A DNA stretch of 55,140 nucleotides from a bacterium. Its GTDB lineage: Bacteria > Bacillota_I > Bacilli_A > RF39 > UBA660. Where the stretch lies: NCBI GenBank assembly GCA_963659735.1, contig CAVKUP010000002.1:1-55140 (forward strand). The letters are read 5' to 3'. The notes under the pieces were generated by a model that saw only the letters and a list, made by a program, of their open reading frames with translations, was not told the origin of the DNA and did not search any database. Below are positions 18,466 to 28,447 of the stretch, piece after piece; positions within the stretch are counted from its first letter, which is position 1, and each line of letters opens with the position of its first letter. The position numbers and the translations under genes were made by a program.

Positions 18466-20652
18466 TTAATTTTCTTCTTTGACTAAAACTTCACGAGGTT
18501 TAGCACCATTAGGTGGTCCAACAATTCCTCTTTCCTCTAAAAGGTCTATACATCTAGCAGCTCTATTATATCCTAATCTAAATCTTCTTTGTAAAAGTGA
18601 GGCACTAGCTTTACCTTGTGATATAACAAATTGTCTTATTTCATCGTATAAAGGTTCTTCATAATCATCTGATTTATCAACCATTGTAGTTGCACCTTTA
18701 TCTTCTTCTGAAACAGTTAGCGAATTGTCATACATAGCTTTTTGCTGAGATATTGTATAATCAACAACGGCTTTTATTTCATCATCGCTAATAAACGTTC
18801 CCTGAACACGAGTTGGAATACTTTCTCCTTGTGGTAAAAATAACATATCACCTTTACCCAGTAATTTTTCAGCTCCACTCATATCTAATATTGTTCTTGA
18901 GTCTATACTACTTGATACAGCAAATGAAATTCTTGATGGAATATTAGCTTTAACAACACCAGTAATTACATCAGTACTAGGTCTTTGTGTGGCAACAATT
19001 AAATGAATACCAGCAGCTCTAGCCATTTGTGTTATTCTCATTATTGAATCTTCAACTTCCTTAGCTGCTACTAACATCAAATCAGCAAGTTCATCAATAA
19101 TAACAACAATATATGGAAGTCTATTTATTTTTTCATCATCAGGCAAGCTTTCGTTTTTCTTATCAATGTAAGCATTATAACCTGCTATATTTTTTGTTTT
19201 ACTTGCTTCAAACAAATCATATCTATCTTCCATTATTTTTACTATTTTTTGTAATACAATATTGGCTTTTTTAGGGTCTGTAACAACTGGTGTTAATAAA
19301 TGTGGAACCCCATTATACATTGAAAGTTCAACTTTTTTAGGGTCTACTAAAACTAATTTTACTTCTTCTGGTCTAGTTCTCATTAATAGTGATGTTATCA
19401 TACTATTAATACATACCGATTTACCTGAACCAGTAGAACCTGCTACTAGTAAATGCGGAGTTTTATCTATTTCACACCATACAGGATTTCCCATGATACT
19501 TTTTCCAAGAGCAACTAATAATTTAGAATTTTCCTTTGTTTTAGGTACTGCTTCTAATATTTCTCTTACAGCAACTGCCATAATTGATTTATTAGGTAGT
19601 TCTACACCAACTGTTTTTTTGCCTGGAATTGGAGCTTGTATACGTACATCTTTAGCGCCTAATTCTAGAGCTATTTCTTTATTTAAAGCTGTTATTTTAG
19701 AAAGTCTTGTTCCTGATTTAATTTCCAATTCATATTGAGTAACTGAAGGTCCGATATTTGCAGCTACAACCTTAGCAGACACACCAAAATCTTTAATAAC
19801 TTTTTCTAATTCAACTACATTTGATTTTATAGAATCTTGATTAGCTTTGATAGCTTCTTTTTTTATTTTTGGTTTTAATAAAAGTCCCATAGGTGGTTTA
19901 TGGTATTCTTTATTATAAGTAGGAGCAGGTTCTTCTTTTATTTCGGGTTCTTTTACTTCTACAGGTTTCTCTTCTTTAGTCTCTATTTCATCTGCTGAAG
20001 ATATAATAACCTTCTTTTCTTCTTCAAATTCCTCTTCAGCTTTTTCAGCAGCATCATGCGCCTTACGATTAATACTTACTTCTTTTAGTTTTTTAGCTTT
20101 ATTTAAAGTTGCTGCTACAGCATCATAAATAGAAACACCAGTAAACATAATTGTGCCACAAATTATTAAAGCAATACATACTACCTCAGTTCCATTTAAA
20201 GTAAGCAATTTTACACCGATAATTGAAAATAGTGCTCCTATCATACCACCGCCTTGAATGTCTGATGTATGTTTAACAAATTGCATTAAATTATCTATTG
20301 TCGTTGTAATTATATCCCATGATGATAAACTTTTATCAAGCTGTTCAATATATTTAGCATGTGATAAAATTAAAACACCTAAAATTAATATATATAAACC
20401 AACTAATCTTGAGGTTAATAAATCTGGTTTTTCTCTTTTTATCATCATATAAACTCCACAAGCACCAGTGGCAATTAAAGGCAGAATATACCAACACCCT
20501 GCTAGAAATCCCGCAAATCCTTTAATAATATCAGCTGTTATACCGAATGGGCAGCATCCTATTATCATGATTAAAATAAGCCCTATTCCTTTTAATTCTA
20601 TACTATATGAAGCTTGTGTTTTAGTTGTTTTTCTACTTTTCTTTTTTGCCAT
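18466..20652 (-). CDS. ftsK: DNA translocase FtsK/SpoIIIE
   Basis: N-terminal TM domain, acidic linker, motor domain with Walker A GSTGSGKS, C-terminal winged-helix gamma domain. 728 aa. Confidence 0.9.
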   Translation of the reverse strand: MAKKKSRKTTKTQASYSIELKGIGLILIMIIGCCPFGITADIIKGFAGFLAGCWYILPLIATGACGVYMMIKREKPDLLTSRLVGLYILILGVLILSHAKYIEQLDKSLSSWDIITTTIDNLMQFVKHTSDIQGGGMIGALFSIIGVKLLTLNGTEVVCIALIICGTIMFTGVSIYDAVAATLNKAKKLKEVSINRKAHDAAEKAEEEFEEEKKVIISSADEIETKEEKPVEVKEPEIKEEPAPTYNKEYHKPPMGLLLKPKIKKEAIKANQDSIKSNVVELEKVIKDFGVSAKVVAANIGPSVTQYELEIKSGTRLSKITALNKEIALELGAKDVRIQAPIPGKKTVGVELPNKSIMAVAVREILEAVPKTKENSKLLVALGKSIMGNPVWCEIDKTPHLLVAGSTGSGKSVCINSMITSLLMRTRPEEVKLVLVDPKKVELSMYNGVPHLLTPVVTDPKKANIVLQKIVKIMEDRYDLFEASKTKNIAGYNAYIDKKNESLPDDEKINRLPYIVVIIDELADLMLVAAKEVEDSIMRITQMARAAGIHLIVATQRPSTDVITGVVKANIPSRISFAVSSSIDSRTILDMSGAEKLLGKGDMLFLPQGESIPTRVQGTFISDDEIKAVVDYTISQQKAMYDNSLTVSEEDKGATTMVDKSDDYEEPLYDEIRQFVISQGKASASLLQRRFRLGYNRAARCIDLLEERGIVGPPNGAKPREVLVKEEN

Positions 20653-20784
20653 TTATAAATTCTCCTCACTAGTTTAATTATATCATTTTCATTTGAAAAA
20701 CTAAATAAAACATAATTAATTGACACAATTTTTACAATAAAAATCTAGTAAAAATATTAAAATTAATATATAATATTATTGTTT

Positions 20785-20860
20785 GCTGGAATAGCTCAGT
20801 AGGTAGAGCAACTGTTTCGTAATCAGTAGGTCGCGGGTTCAATCCCTGTTTCCAGCACCA
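20785..20860 (+). tRNA. tRNA-Thr (anticodon CGT)
   Basis: Hand-folded cloverleaf: acceptor GCTGGAA/TTCCAGC, anticodon loop TTCGTAA, T-loop TTCAATC, encoded CCA end. Confidence 0.85.
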
Positions 20861-20872
20861 TTTTATAGTAAT

Positions 20873-20895
20873 AAAGCCTTAATCGGCTTTTTTTA
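20873..20895 (+). terminator. Terminator after tRNA-Thr
   Basis: AAGCC-ttaatc-GGCTT followed by a T-run. Confidence 0.6.
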
Positions 20896-20902
20896 TTGCA
20901 TA

Positions 20903-20926
20903 ATAAAACCCTTGATAATCAAGGGC
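20903..20926 (-). terminator. Terminator after the CAT-anticodon tRNA
   Basis: On the minus strand the CCCTTG/CAAGGG stem is followed by TTTTATT. Confidence 0.6.
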
Positions 20927-20937
20927 TAATATCATAA

Positions 20938-21014
20938 TGGTGGACCCTGATGGACTCGAACCATCGACCGCCCGGTTATGAGCCGGATGCTCTAACCAAC
21001 TGAGCTAAGGGTCC
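20938..21014 (-). tRNA. tRNA with CAT anticodon (Met elongator, or more likely the lysidine-modified Ile2 type)
   Basis: Reverse complement is GGACCCTTAGCTCAGTTGGTTAGAGCATCCGGCTCATAACCGGGCGGTCGATGGTTCGAGTCCATCAGGGTCCACCA, which gives a clean cloverleaf. The acceptor and overall sequence resemble E. coli ileX as I recall it. Confidence 0.85.
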
Positions 21015-21032
21015 AACTCAATTGACTTCTAT

Positions 21033-21061
21033 ATAATATCACATTAATTTACAATATGCAA
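21033..21061 (-). promoter_or_regulatory. Promoter for the CAT-anticodon tRNA
   Basis: Minus strand reads TTGCAT, 17 nt, then TATTAT with an extended TGn. It ends about 19 nt upstream of the tRNA 5' end. Confidence 0.5.
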
Positions 21062-21077
21062 GAAGTTAATTGCTTTT

Positions 21078-21491
21078 TTACACTTTATTTATCATATTTA
21101 ACAAATTAATTTTAAATTTGTCTTTATCTGAATGTTCTTTAGAAAGCATGACACCTTTATAAGTAACAAGTTCAGATTGATGTCCTTCACTTAAAATATC
21201 TTTGGGAAGTAAAGTTATAAGAGTAACGGTTTTATTATTATCATCAACAACATAATTTAATTTTACAGCCCCATGAACTTTAACAAATAAAGCATCAGTA
21301 GGAAGTTTTACTTCATAAGTTTTTATATTATTTTCTTCCTTAACAATGGAACCTAAAAATTCTCCATCTTTTAATTTAGGATAATATTCAAAATAAAGTT
21401 TTTTATAGGCTAACATATTATATTTTTTTAAGGAACTTTCAAGCTTTTTAAATTCATTTTCGTTTTGATAACCAAAAACATATTTTTCCAT
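21078..21491 (-). CDS. Hypothetical protein, 137 aa
   Basis: ORF on the coding strand. The segment KLNYVVDDNNKTVTLITLLPK weakly recalls the RelE/ParE core strand pattern. No partner gene is present. Confidence 0.4.
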   Translation of the reverse strand: MEKYVFGYQNENEFKKLESSLKKYNMLAYKKLYFEYYPKLKDGEFLGSIVKEENNIKTYEVKLPTDALFVKVHGAVKLNYVVDDNNKTVTLITLLPKDILSEGHQSELVTYKGVMLSKEHSDKDKFKINLLNMINKV

Positions 21492-21619
21492 TGTTATTCA
21501 CCTTCCTTCACTACTATACACTACTATAATAACATATATGTTTATTTAAAACAATTATTTCAAATTATTTAAAATAAAATTTGACACTTATTTGAAAATA
21601 AAACTAGGTTACCCCAGTT

Positions 21620-22489
21620 TTACTTCATTTGTTTAGCTACTTCTTCAGCAAAGTTTTCTTCTCTCTTTTCCATTCCTTCGCCCACTTCAAAACGGTACAT
21701 TAGTTTAATTTTACCACCATTATTTTTAACATATGTTTTTACGTTAACATCGCTATCTTTAACGAATGGTTGTTCTTCTAAGCAAATTTCTTTAAAGAAT
21801 TTTTGAACACGTCCATTAACCATTTTTTCAGCTATTTCAGCAGGTTTTCCTTCATTCATAGCTTGCTCTTTTAAAACAGTTTTTTCTTTTTCTACAACTT
21901 CACTAGGGACATCAGCTTCACTTACATAAGTTGGTCTCATTGCAGCAGCATGCATAGCAACATCCTTAGCAACTGTCTCATCAGTTCCTTCAGCAACTAT
22001 TAAAACAGCAATTTTACCACCCATGTGAATATATTCTCCAAAGCTTTCATTATCGTTTTTACTTACTTTAGCAAATCTTCTTAGTGATAATTTTTCACCA
22101 ATTTTAGCAGTTTTAGCAACAATTAAATCATTAATAGTTCCCTCTTCATAAGGTAAATTTAAAACTTCTTCTAAAGAATTTGCATTATTTTTTATGATAG
22201 TTTCTAATGTAGCTTTTACAAGTTCTTGGAATTCAGCATTTTTAGCAACAAAATCAGTTTCAGAATTCATTTCTAAAATAGCAGCATCATTTCCATCAAC
22301 TAAGATAGCAGCAATACCTTCAGCAGCTATTCTATCAGCTTTTTTAGCAGCTTTAGAAATTCCCTTTTCTCTAAGCCAGTCAATAGCTTCTTCAATATTA
22401 CCGTTTGTAGCTTCTAATGCTTTTTTGCAATCAAGCATTCCAGCTCCAGTTTTTTCTCTCAAATCTTTTACTAGACTTGCACTTACCAT
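21620..22489 (-). CDS. tsf: Translation elongation factor Ts
   Basis: VKDLREKTGAGMLDCKKALEATNGNIEEAIDWLREKG UBA-like N-terminus; 289 aa; downstream of rpsB. Confidence 0.95.
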   Translation of the reverse strand: MVSASLVKDLREKTGAGMLDCKKALEATNGNIEEAIDWLREKGISKAAKKADRIAAEGIAAILVDGNDAAILEMNSETDFVAKNAEFQELVKATLETIIKNNANSLEEVLNLPYEEGTINDLIVAKTAKIGEKLSLRRFAKVSKNDNESFGEYIHMGGKIAVLIVAEGTDETVAKDVAMHAAAMRPTYVSEADVPSEVVEKEKTVLKEQAMNEGKPAEIAEKMVNGRVQKFFKEICLEEQPFVKDSDVNVKTYVKNNGGKIKLMYRFEVGEGMEKREENFAEEVAKQMK

Positions 22490-22513
22490 AAATATCTCTC
22501 CTTTTTATTATAA

Positions 22514-22534
22514 AAAGGTGATTTAATCACCTTT
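22514..22534 (-). terminator. Intercistronic hairpin between rpsB and tsf (possible attenuating terminator)
   Basis: AAAGGTGAT/ATCACCTTT stem followed on the minus strand by TTTATAAT. Confidence 0.4.
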
Positions 22535-22539
22535 ATAAA

Positions 22540-23556
22540 CTATTTTAAAGCTTCAATTAAGTCAGCTTTTTTCATAGTAGAATATCCTTTAATATCTTTA
22601 GATTTTGCTAAATCACGAAGTTCAGCAACTGTTTTTGAACTTAAATCTTCTTTAACGGCTTTTTTAGGTTCAGATTTAACTTCTTTCACTTCTGCTTTTT
22701 CTTCTTTTTTATTACGGTTATCTACTCTATCAGATGATTTATTAAAATTTCTTCGATCACGACGTTCAAATCTTGGTCTTCTATCTTCTTTACGTTTAAC
22801 TGTTTCTAAGGCTTTTTTCATAATATCTTCGCCTTTTTCATCTTTACGTGCTTCAGATGTATAATCAACAACTTTACCACCATTAGCTTCTACAATAGCA
22901 TTAGCCATAACACCAGTAATTAATTTAACGGCTCTAATAGCATCATCATTACCAGGTATTACATAATCAACCATATCAGGATCACAATTAGTATCAACTA
23001 TACCAAATACTGGAATATTTAAGATTCTTGCTTCTCTAATAGCAATTTCTTCTTTAGATGGATCTACAATAAACATTGCTTGTGGTAATTTATACATATC
23101 TCTAATACCACATAATAGTTTATTTAATTTATCATATTCTTTCTTTATTTGAACAACTTCTTTTTTAGGAAGTAATTCAAAAGTTCCATCTTTTTCCATT
23201 TTTTCGATTTGTTCTAATCTTTTAACTCTTCTTCTGATTGTTTTAAAGTTAGTTAATGTTCCACCTAACCATCTTTCATTAACGTAATAAGATTCACTTC
23301 TTAATGCTTCTTCCTTTACAGCTTCTTGTGCTTGTTTTCTTGTTCCAACAAATAAAACTTTACCACCATTAGCTGCAATTTCTTTTAAAGCTGCATAAGC
23401 TTCTTCGATTTTTTTTGCTGTTTTTTGTAAATCAATAATATAAATATCATCTCTAGCTGTAAAGATATATTCCTTCATTTTAGGATTCCATCTTTTAGTT
23501 TGGTGTCCGAAATGTACACCTGCTTCTAATAAATAACTCATAGACACAACGGCCAT
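22540..23556 (-). CDS. rpsB: 30S ribosomal protein S2 with a ~100-aa C-terminal extension
   Basis: [19 protein letters not shown] core. 338 aa versus about 240-260 typical. The tail is K/R/E-rich and ends in a Rho_N/SAP-like motif, [30 protein letters not shown]. Confidence 0.95.
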   Translation of the reverse strand: MAVVSMSYLLEAGVHFGHQTKRWNPKMKEYIFTARDDIYIIDLQKTAKKIEEAYAALKEIAANGGKVLFVGTRKQAQEAVKEEALRSESYYVNERWLGGTLTNFKTIRRRVKRLEQIEKMEKDGTFELLPKKEVVQIKKEYDKLNKLLCGIRDMYKLPQAMFIVDPSKEEIAIREARILNIPVFGIVDTNCDPDMVDYVIPGNDDAIRAVKLITGVMANAIVEANGGKVVDYTSEARKDEKGEDIMKKALETVKRKEDRRPRFERRDRRNFNKSSDRVDNRNKKEEKAEVKEVKSEPKKAVKEDLSSKTVAELRDLAKSKDIKGYSTMKKADLIEALK

Positions 23557-23661
23557 AATTCATTCCTCCTTTTGTTATTCCTCTGAATATTTCAAAATTA
23601 CTTCACCAAATGGCACTAGAAGTAAAAATTCATATTCATGTAATTTAAAAAAGCCAATAAT

Positions 23662-23689
23662 ATTATAACATATTTATTAGCTTTTACAA
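23662..23689 (-). promoter_or_regulatory. Candidate rpsB promoter
   Basis: Minus strand reads TTGTAA, 16 nt, then TATAAT preceded by TGn. Confidence 0.45.
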
Positions 23690-23706
23690 GAAAAATATTA
23701 ATTTTT

Positions 23707-24567
23707 TTAATTTGAAATATAGTTTTTAAAATTGTCAGTTTGATATGTTTCATTATTTGTTTTCCATAAAACAGAAACATTATATTTTTTTATAAATTCT
23801 TTCCCTGAATCAATGTCCATTAAATATAGGGTGTTTGCTATCATATTAGCTGTTAAATTATCATTAGCAATTACAACAACCATATCATATTTTTCTTCTT
23901 TTTTACTTGTTTTTGGATTTACCATATAACTTTTAAAACTATCATTTTTTCTAGTTGCAACAGCCTTATTTTCTAATTTTAAAATGCTCATTACTTTTTC
24001 ATTATCTAATAGACTAATTTTATATTTATTTTTGTCATATCTTTTTCCTACTGTTATATCACCGTCTTGATTTACAATGTATTTTTTTATGTTATTTTGT
24101 TTAAAATAATATATAACATCATTAGTAGCATATGCACTTATAATATTTTCAAAATTATAGTTTATATTTTCTTTACCTATTTTATCTATTTTACTCGTAA
24201 ATGTATATTCTTTATTATTTTTTATATTTTCAAGTAAATCGCCACTTGTTATATCAATATATCCATTTGTATTATAATATAAAAGTTTACCATATTCTAA
24301 TAATGAGTTCATATTTTCATTTAATTTTTTTTGATTTAGTTTTTTATTATAATTTGTATATTTTTTGTATATATTATTTATATCTTTGGTTACTTTATTT
24401 TTATCTATATTATCATATATTTTATACGTTATTGTTTCATTAAAATAATTAAAACTTTTAAGATAAATTTCTTTTTTGTTAAAAAATAAAATCCATATAA
24501 ATAAAACTATAATAATAAATAATATTATATAGTTTCTTTTTTCTAATATTTTTTTTAAAGTTTTCAT
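23707..24567 (-). CDS. Divergent ApbE-like (FAD:protein FMN transferase family) membrane-anchored protein
   Basis: N-terminal TM anchor. Segments NQDGDITVG, VATRKNDSFKSYMVNPKTS and VVVIANDNLTANMIANTL parallel ApbE blocks (NLGGDI, VATSG..HIIDPRTG, ..ADALATA), but several canonical residues are substituted. Confidence 0.45.
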   Translation of the reverse strand: MKTLKKILEKRNYIILFIIIVLFIWILFFNKKEIYLKSFNYFNETITYKIYDNIDKNKVTKDINNIYKKYTNYNKKLNQKKLNENMNSLLEYGKLLYYNTNGYIDITSGDLLENIKNNKEYTFTSKIDKIGKENINYNFENIISAYATNDVIYYFKQNNIKKYIVNQDGDITVGKRYDKNKYKISLLDNEKVMSILKLENKAVATRKNDSFKSYMVNPKTSKKEEKYDMVVVIANDNLTANMIANTLYLMDIDSGKEFIKKYNVSVLWKTNNETYQTDNFKNYISN

Positions 24568-25577
24568 TTAACAAGGTCCTTTTCCAAAACATATTCATAT
24601 ACCTTTTTAAGTTCATATCCTATTTTTTTGATATCACGGTCGCGTGCTACTTTATAACCTTCTTTTGTTAAATCAGGTAATTTTCCTTCTATGATTTTCT
24701 TTATTTTTTCTTCAAATTCATCAATATTTTTTGCTTTATATATATTAACGCCATCTATAAGCCATTCATCATAAATTGGAATATCACTTACTAATGTTTT
24801 GGCTTTCATAGCTAAAGCTTCCAATAAAACTATGCCTTCTGTTTCTTCTTTGGTTGGAAATATATATAAATCACATCCAGCATAAGCATCTTTTAATTCA
24901 TTACTTTTAATATATCCAGGAAAAAAACAATTACTAGTTTTATTTCTCATAGCTTCTTTTATTTTAACTGGAACTAAAGCTGGATTGGTATAACCAAACC
25001 AAACAAACTTATATTGAGGAAGTCTTCGTGCTAGTTCAATAAATTCTAAAATGCCTTTTCTTTCGATATATAAACCAACTGAAATAATTATTTTATCATC
25101 TTTAGTAAAACCATATTTTTTTCTAAATTCCTCTGGTTTAGCTTTTTTTATGTCAAAAAATTCTAAATCAATTCCATTTGATATAGGAATAATTTCTTTA
25201 TTTAAATCATATTTTTCTAATACTTTTTTTGAATAAGGAGTTGGCGTTATTAATAAATCTGCAGAGCCATAGCAAATTTTTAACCATTTTCTAAAAAGTG
25301 GTGAAACACCATTAGATAATTTAAATGAATTTCTAAAATCTTCTTCTGTTGAATGGGCATGGAAAATCACTTTTTTACCATTTTGTTTACATTTTTTTGC
25401 AAGCATTAAACTTTCTGGAAAAATGGTATTTATATGAACAATATCAAAATCGTCATTTGGATTAGTTGTATATGGAATATGCATTAAATCCAAGGCTTTT
25501 TTTTGATGAACAATTGCTCTTCCTACCCCACTTTTTTCTACTTCTTTAAATTTACCTGTGTGCAACAATATCTTCAT
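24564..25577 (-). CDS. GT4-family glycosyltransferase (possibly glycolipid synthase)
   Basis: EETEGIVLLEALAMKAKTLVSD fits the E-x7-E motif. 337 aa. 4-nt overlap with the downstream gene. Confidence 0.8.
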   Translation of the reverse strand: MKILLHTGKFKEVEKSGVGRAIVHQKKALDLMHIPYTTNPNDDFDIVHINTIFPESLMLAKKCKQNGKKVIFHAHSTEEDFRNSFKLSNGVSPLFRKWLKICYGSADLLITPTPYSKKVLEKYDLNKEIIPISNGIDLEFFDIKKAKPEEFRKKYGFTKDDKIIISVGLYIERKGILEFIELARRLPQYKFVWFGYTNPALVPVKIKEAMRNKTSNCFFPGYIKSNELKDAYAGCDLYIFPTKEETEGIVLLEALAMKAKTLVSDIPIYDEWLIDGVNIYKAKNIDEFEEKIKKIIEGKLPDLTKEGYKVARDRDIKKIGYELKKVYEYVLEKDLVK

Positions 25578-25585
25578 AATTCCTC

Positions 25586-25807
25586 CTAGTTATTTACATT
25601 TACTAGTATAACATCTTTGCCAATTTTGTCAATTTGCTTCCACTTGATTTTAGTAGTTCCACCACTGAAAAAAATAAATTTTCTTCTTTGTACATTCATT
25701 TCAATTATTGTTCCTTCTTTATCAATATTTATATCAATTATTGTTCCTATTTTTTTTCCATCAAAAACATTTATTATGTCTTTTGATTGCATATCAGAAA
25801 GCATCAT
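25586..25807 (-). CDS. YlmC/YmxH-family sporulation protein (PRC-barrel)
   Basis: 73 aa. LSDMQSKDIINVFDGKKIGTIIDINID is typical of YlmC/YmxH. Confidence 0.75.
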   Translation of the reverse strand: MMLSDMQSKDIINVFDGKKIGTIIDINIDKEGTIIEMNVQRRKFIFFSGGTTKIKWKQIDKIGKDVILVNVNN

Positions 25808-25866
25808 ACTACCACCTAATTAATTATATTTATTTTATTTATTAATATGAGTATAAATCATTATTT

Positions 25867-26412
25867 TTAATTTACGGATAAACAGGCGTGGTCAATTGTA
25901 CCTGTAATGAGTCTACTTACCTTAGTAACAATTAATTCAGGATTTTCCTGCATCCCATTTTCTATCCAATTTAAAACAATAGAAGTAAATGAATATTTAT
26001 AAAAATTTGTTATAAATTTTTTATCTTCTTCTTTTAATTTTTTTCCTTTAGACTTCTCAACTATTTCACTATATATTATTGGATAGACTAAACTATATAA
26101 ATTATTTCTTAACACCTCTGAAGAAACAGAGTGATAAATATTTTTTACAAAGACTTTTTCATCTTCCATCACTTTAAAAATAAGTAAAAATTTATCTTCC
26201 CATTTTTCACATTCAGCTTCTATACTGTCAAATTCATCTATACAAATCCATTCAATTAAATCTCTAATATCTTTAAAATGATAATAAAATGTTTGTCTAT
26301 TTATATCACATCTACAAGCTATATCATTGACTGTAATTTTATTAAATGTTTTTTCTTTTAATAAATCTTTAAAAGTATAAGCTATTGCTTTTTTTGTAGT
26401 TAAACTGCTCAT
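25867..26412 (-). CDS. TetR-family transcriptional regulator
   Basis: HTH region ITVNDIACRCDINRQTFYYHFKDIRDLI. I prefer the ATG at 26412 (MSSLTTKK) behind AAGGGTGA. Confidence 0.8.
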   Translation of the reverse strand: MSSLTTKKAIAYTFKDLLKEKTFNKITVNDIACRCDINRQTFYYHFKDIRDLIEWICIDEFDSIEAECEKWEDKFLLIFKVMEDEKVFVKNIYHSVSSEVLRNNLYSLVYPIIYSEIVEKSKGKKLKEEDKKFITNFYKYSFTSIVLNWIENGMQENPELIVTKVSRLITGTIDHACLSVN

Positions 26413-26462
26413 TGTATCACCCTTAATATTATACATTAAAAAATATGAAAATAAATCATATT

Positions 26463-28253
26463 TTATTTAAACAAGCCGCTTTCTTTAAATAATATTTCAA
26501 GATCAGTTCCTTTAATTTTCTTTTCAACTATTTTTATAACTTGTTTTTCGGCAAATGATAATGGTAAATCTTCAACTGATTTTTTATCAACCGCATAATA
26601 ACAAGCTCTTAAAAGCTGTCTTACATCATATTTACTACCCCATACTTCAGGAACGGCTCTATCTATTTTTAATAAGGTATAAACCGCTTCCATGCCTGTA
26701 CGTATTGAATACTCTGTTGTAAATATTGTGTCTCTTGGCGTTTCTGCAAACTGTCCAATGAATGCAAAGTTAATTGATTCATTTGGTACTACAAGTGGTC
26801 TATCTTTTTCTTCACGTGGTTGGAAAAAAGCATTTATATATGGCATATAACATGTTGTTGTATTACATTTATCTGCATACTTTTCAATTTCGTTAGTATT
26901 AATTCCAATATGGTATAACCATTCTTCACATACTTCTTTTCCTGTGCATGTTTTTATTTTTTTATTTACAAAATTACCTATTTTATCAGTATTTAATGCA
27001 TATACCCAAACTAAAATGCTATTTTTATTTTGCGATTTAAATTGAGGCTGTCTATTAATTGTCCAAGACAAATACCAATTTTCCATGCTATCTTTTACAG
27101 TTACAATTCCTCCTGTTGTAACCTTTCCTTCTCTTGGGTCACGTTTACAAATATTTATGATGTGTTTAATTATATCATCATCTGTTACTTCTATAGTTGC
27201 ACTCATCCAATTTGTTAAACTTTCATTACCGCAGAACTTATCTGGATTACCAAATTCGCCGTTATTAGCTTGGCTTGCTATATTTTTCCATAAATCCCAT
27301 GATTCACCACACCCATTTTTTATGACAGATAAATCAGGCGTATTATTTTGATCTCCATAGCAAGATGTATCTGTGCAACAGCCATTTGTAATAAATACTA
27401 AATCATCTTCTGTTAAATTTATTTCTTTTTCTTGATTATTATTTTCATATATAATTTTTTTTGCTAATTTTTTATTTTGTTTAGATTCAAATATAACATT
27501 TTTAACATCCACTTCATATTCAATTTTTACACCATTTTTTTCTAAATATTTTGTAAGTGGTAAAATCATTGATTCATATTGATTATATTTAGTAAATCTT
27601 AATGCTGAAAAATCAGGCAATCCATCTATATGATGAACGTATCTACATAGATATCTTTTCATCTCTAGTGCAGATGACCATTTTTGAAATGCAAACATAG
27701 TTTGCCAATATAACCAGAAATTTGTTTTCCAAAACGAATCTGGTAAAACATCTGATATTTTTTTATTTTCTAAATCTTTCTCTGGCGTAATAAATAATTT
27801 AGAAAGTGCTAGTGCAGATTTTTTATCTAAATTAAATAATTTATCAGTATGAGCATCTTCACCACAATTTATGGTAGCTCTACATAATGAATAATTTGGG
27901 TCGTGTTTATTAAGCCAATAATATTCATCTAATACAGATACATTTGGTGTTTCTATTGATGGAACAGTTCTAAACATATCCCACATACATTCAAAATGAT
28001 TATCCATCTCACGGCCACCACGCATATAAAATCCTTTGGTAATATCCTTTCTTCCATCACATGAACCTCCAGCTAAATCTAATTTTTCTAGCAAATGAAT
28101 ATTTTCACCTTTCATTTGTCCATCTCTAACTAAATAAAATGCTGCTGAAAGTCCAGCTAAACCTGTACCAATTATGTAAGCAGATTTTTTGTCTACTCCT
28201 TCTGGTTTTTCTGGTTTGGCAAAAGCCTCATATGTTCCTGATCCATAATACAT
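26463..28253 (-). CDS. ohyA: Oleate hydratase (MCRA family, FAD-dependent)
   Basis: MYYGSGTYEAFAKPEKPEGVDKKSAYIIGTGLAGLSAAFYLVRDG N-terminus is characteristic. 596 aa. Confidence 0.9.
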   Translation of the reverse strand: MYYGSGTYEAFAKPEKPEGVDKKSAYIIGTGLAGLSAAFYLVRDGQMKGENIHLLEKLDLAGGSCDGRKDITKGFYMRGGREMDNHFECMWDMFRTVPSIETPNVSVLDEYYWLNKHDPNYSLCRATINCGEDAHTDKLFNLDKKSALALSKLFITPEKDLENKKISDVLPDSFWKTNFWLYWQTMFAFQKWSSALEMKRYLCRYVHHIDGLPDFSALRFTKYNQYESMILPLTKYLEKNGVKIEYEVDVKNVIFESKQNKKLAKKIIYENNNQEKEINLTEDDLVFITNGCCTDTSCYGDQNNTPDLSVIKNGCGESWDLWKNIASQANNGEFGNPDKFCGNESLTNWMSATIEVTDDDIIKHIINICKRDPREGKVTTGGIVTVKDSMENWYLSWTINRQPQFKSQNKNSILVWVYALNTDKIGNFVNKKIKTCTGKEVCEEWLYHIGINTNEIEKYADKCNTTTCYMPYINAFFQPREEKDRPLVVPNESINFAFIGQFAETPRDTIFTTEYSIRTGMEAVYTLLKIDRAVPEVWGSKYDVRQLLRACYYAVDKKSVEDLPLSFAEKQVIKIVEKKIKGTDLEILFKESGLFK

Positions 28254-28447
28254 ATATTATCCCTCCTTGTATGATCACTTAAGATTGTATTATTTTTAAA
28301 AATCTTATTCAATAAACATTTTATCTAGTATGTAAAAATAACAAGACAATAAATTAAAATTGGAGTAATATCTATACATGAATAGTAAAATATATAAAAT
28401 TTATTTCACGTTTAAATTTTTTTACTTACCAAAGAAAGTCACATCTT

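Noticed and set aside
19262-19738. 158-aa plus-strand ORF inside ftsK.
   Set aside because: It is antisense to the conserved FtsK motor domain and has no independent signals or recognisable motifs.
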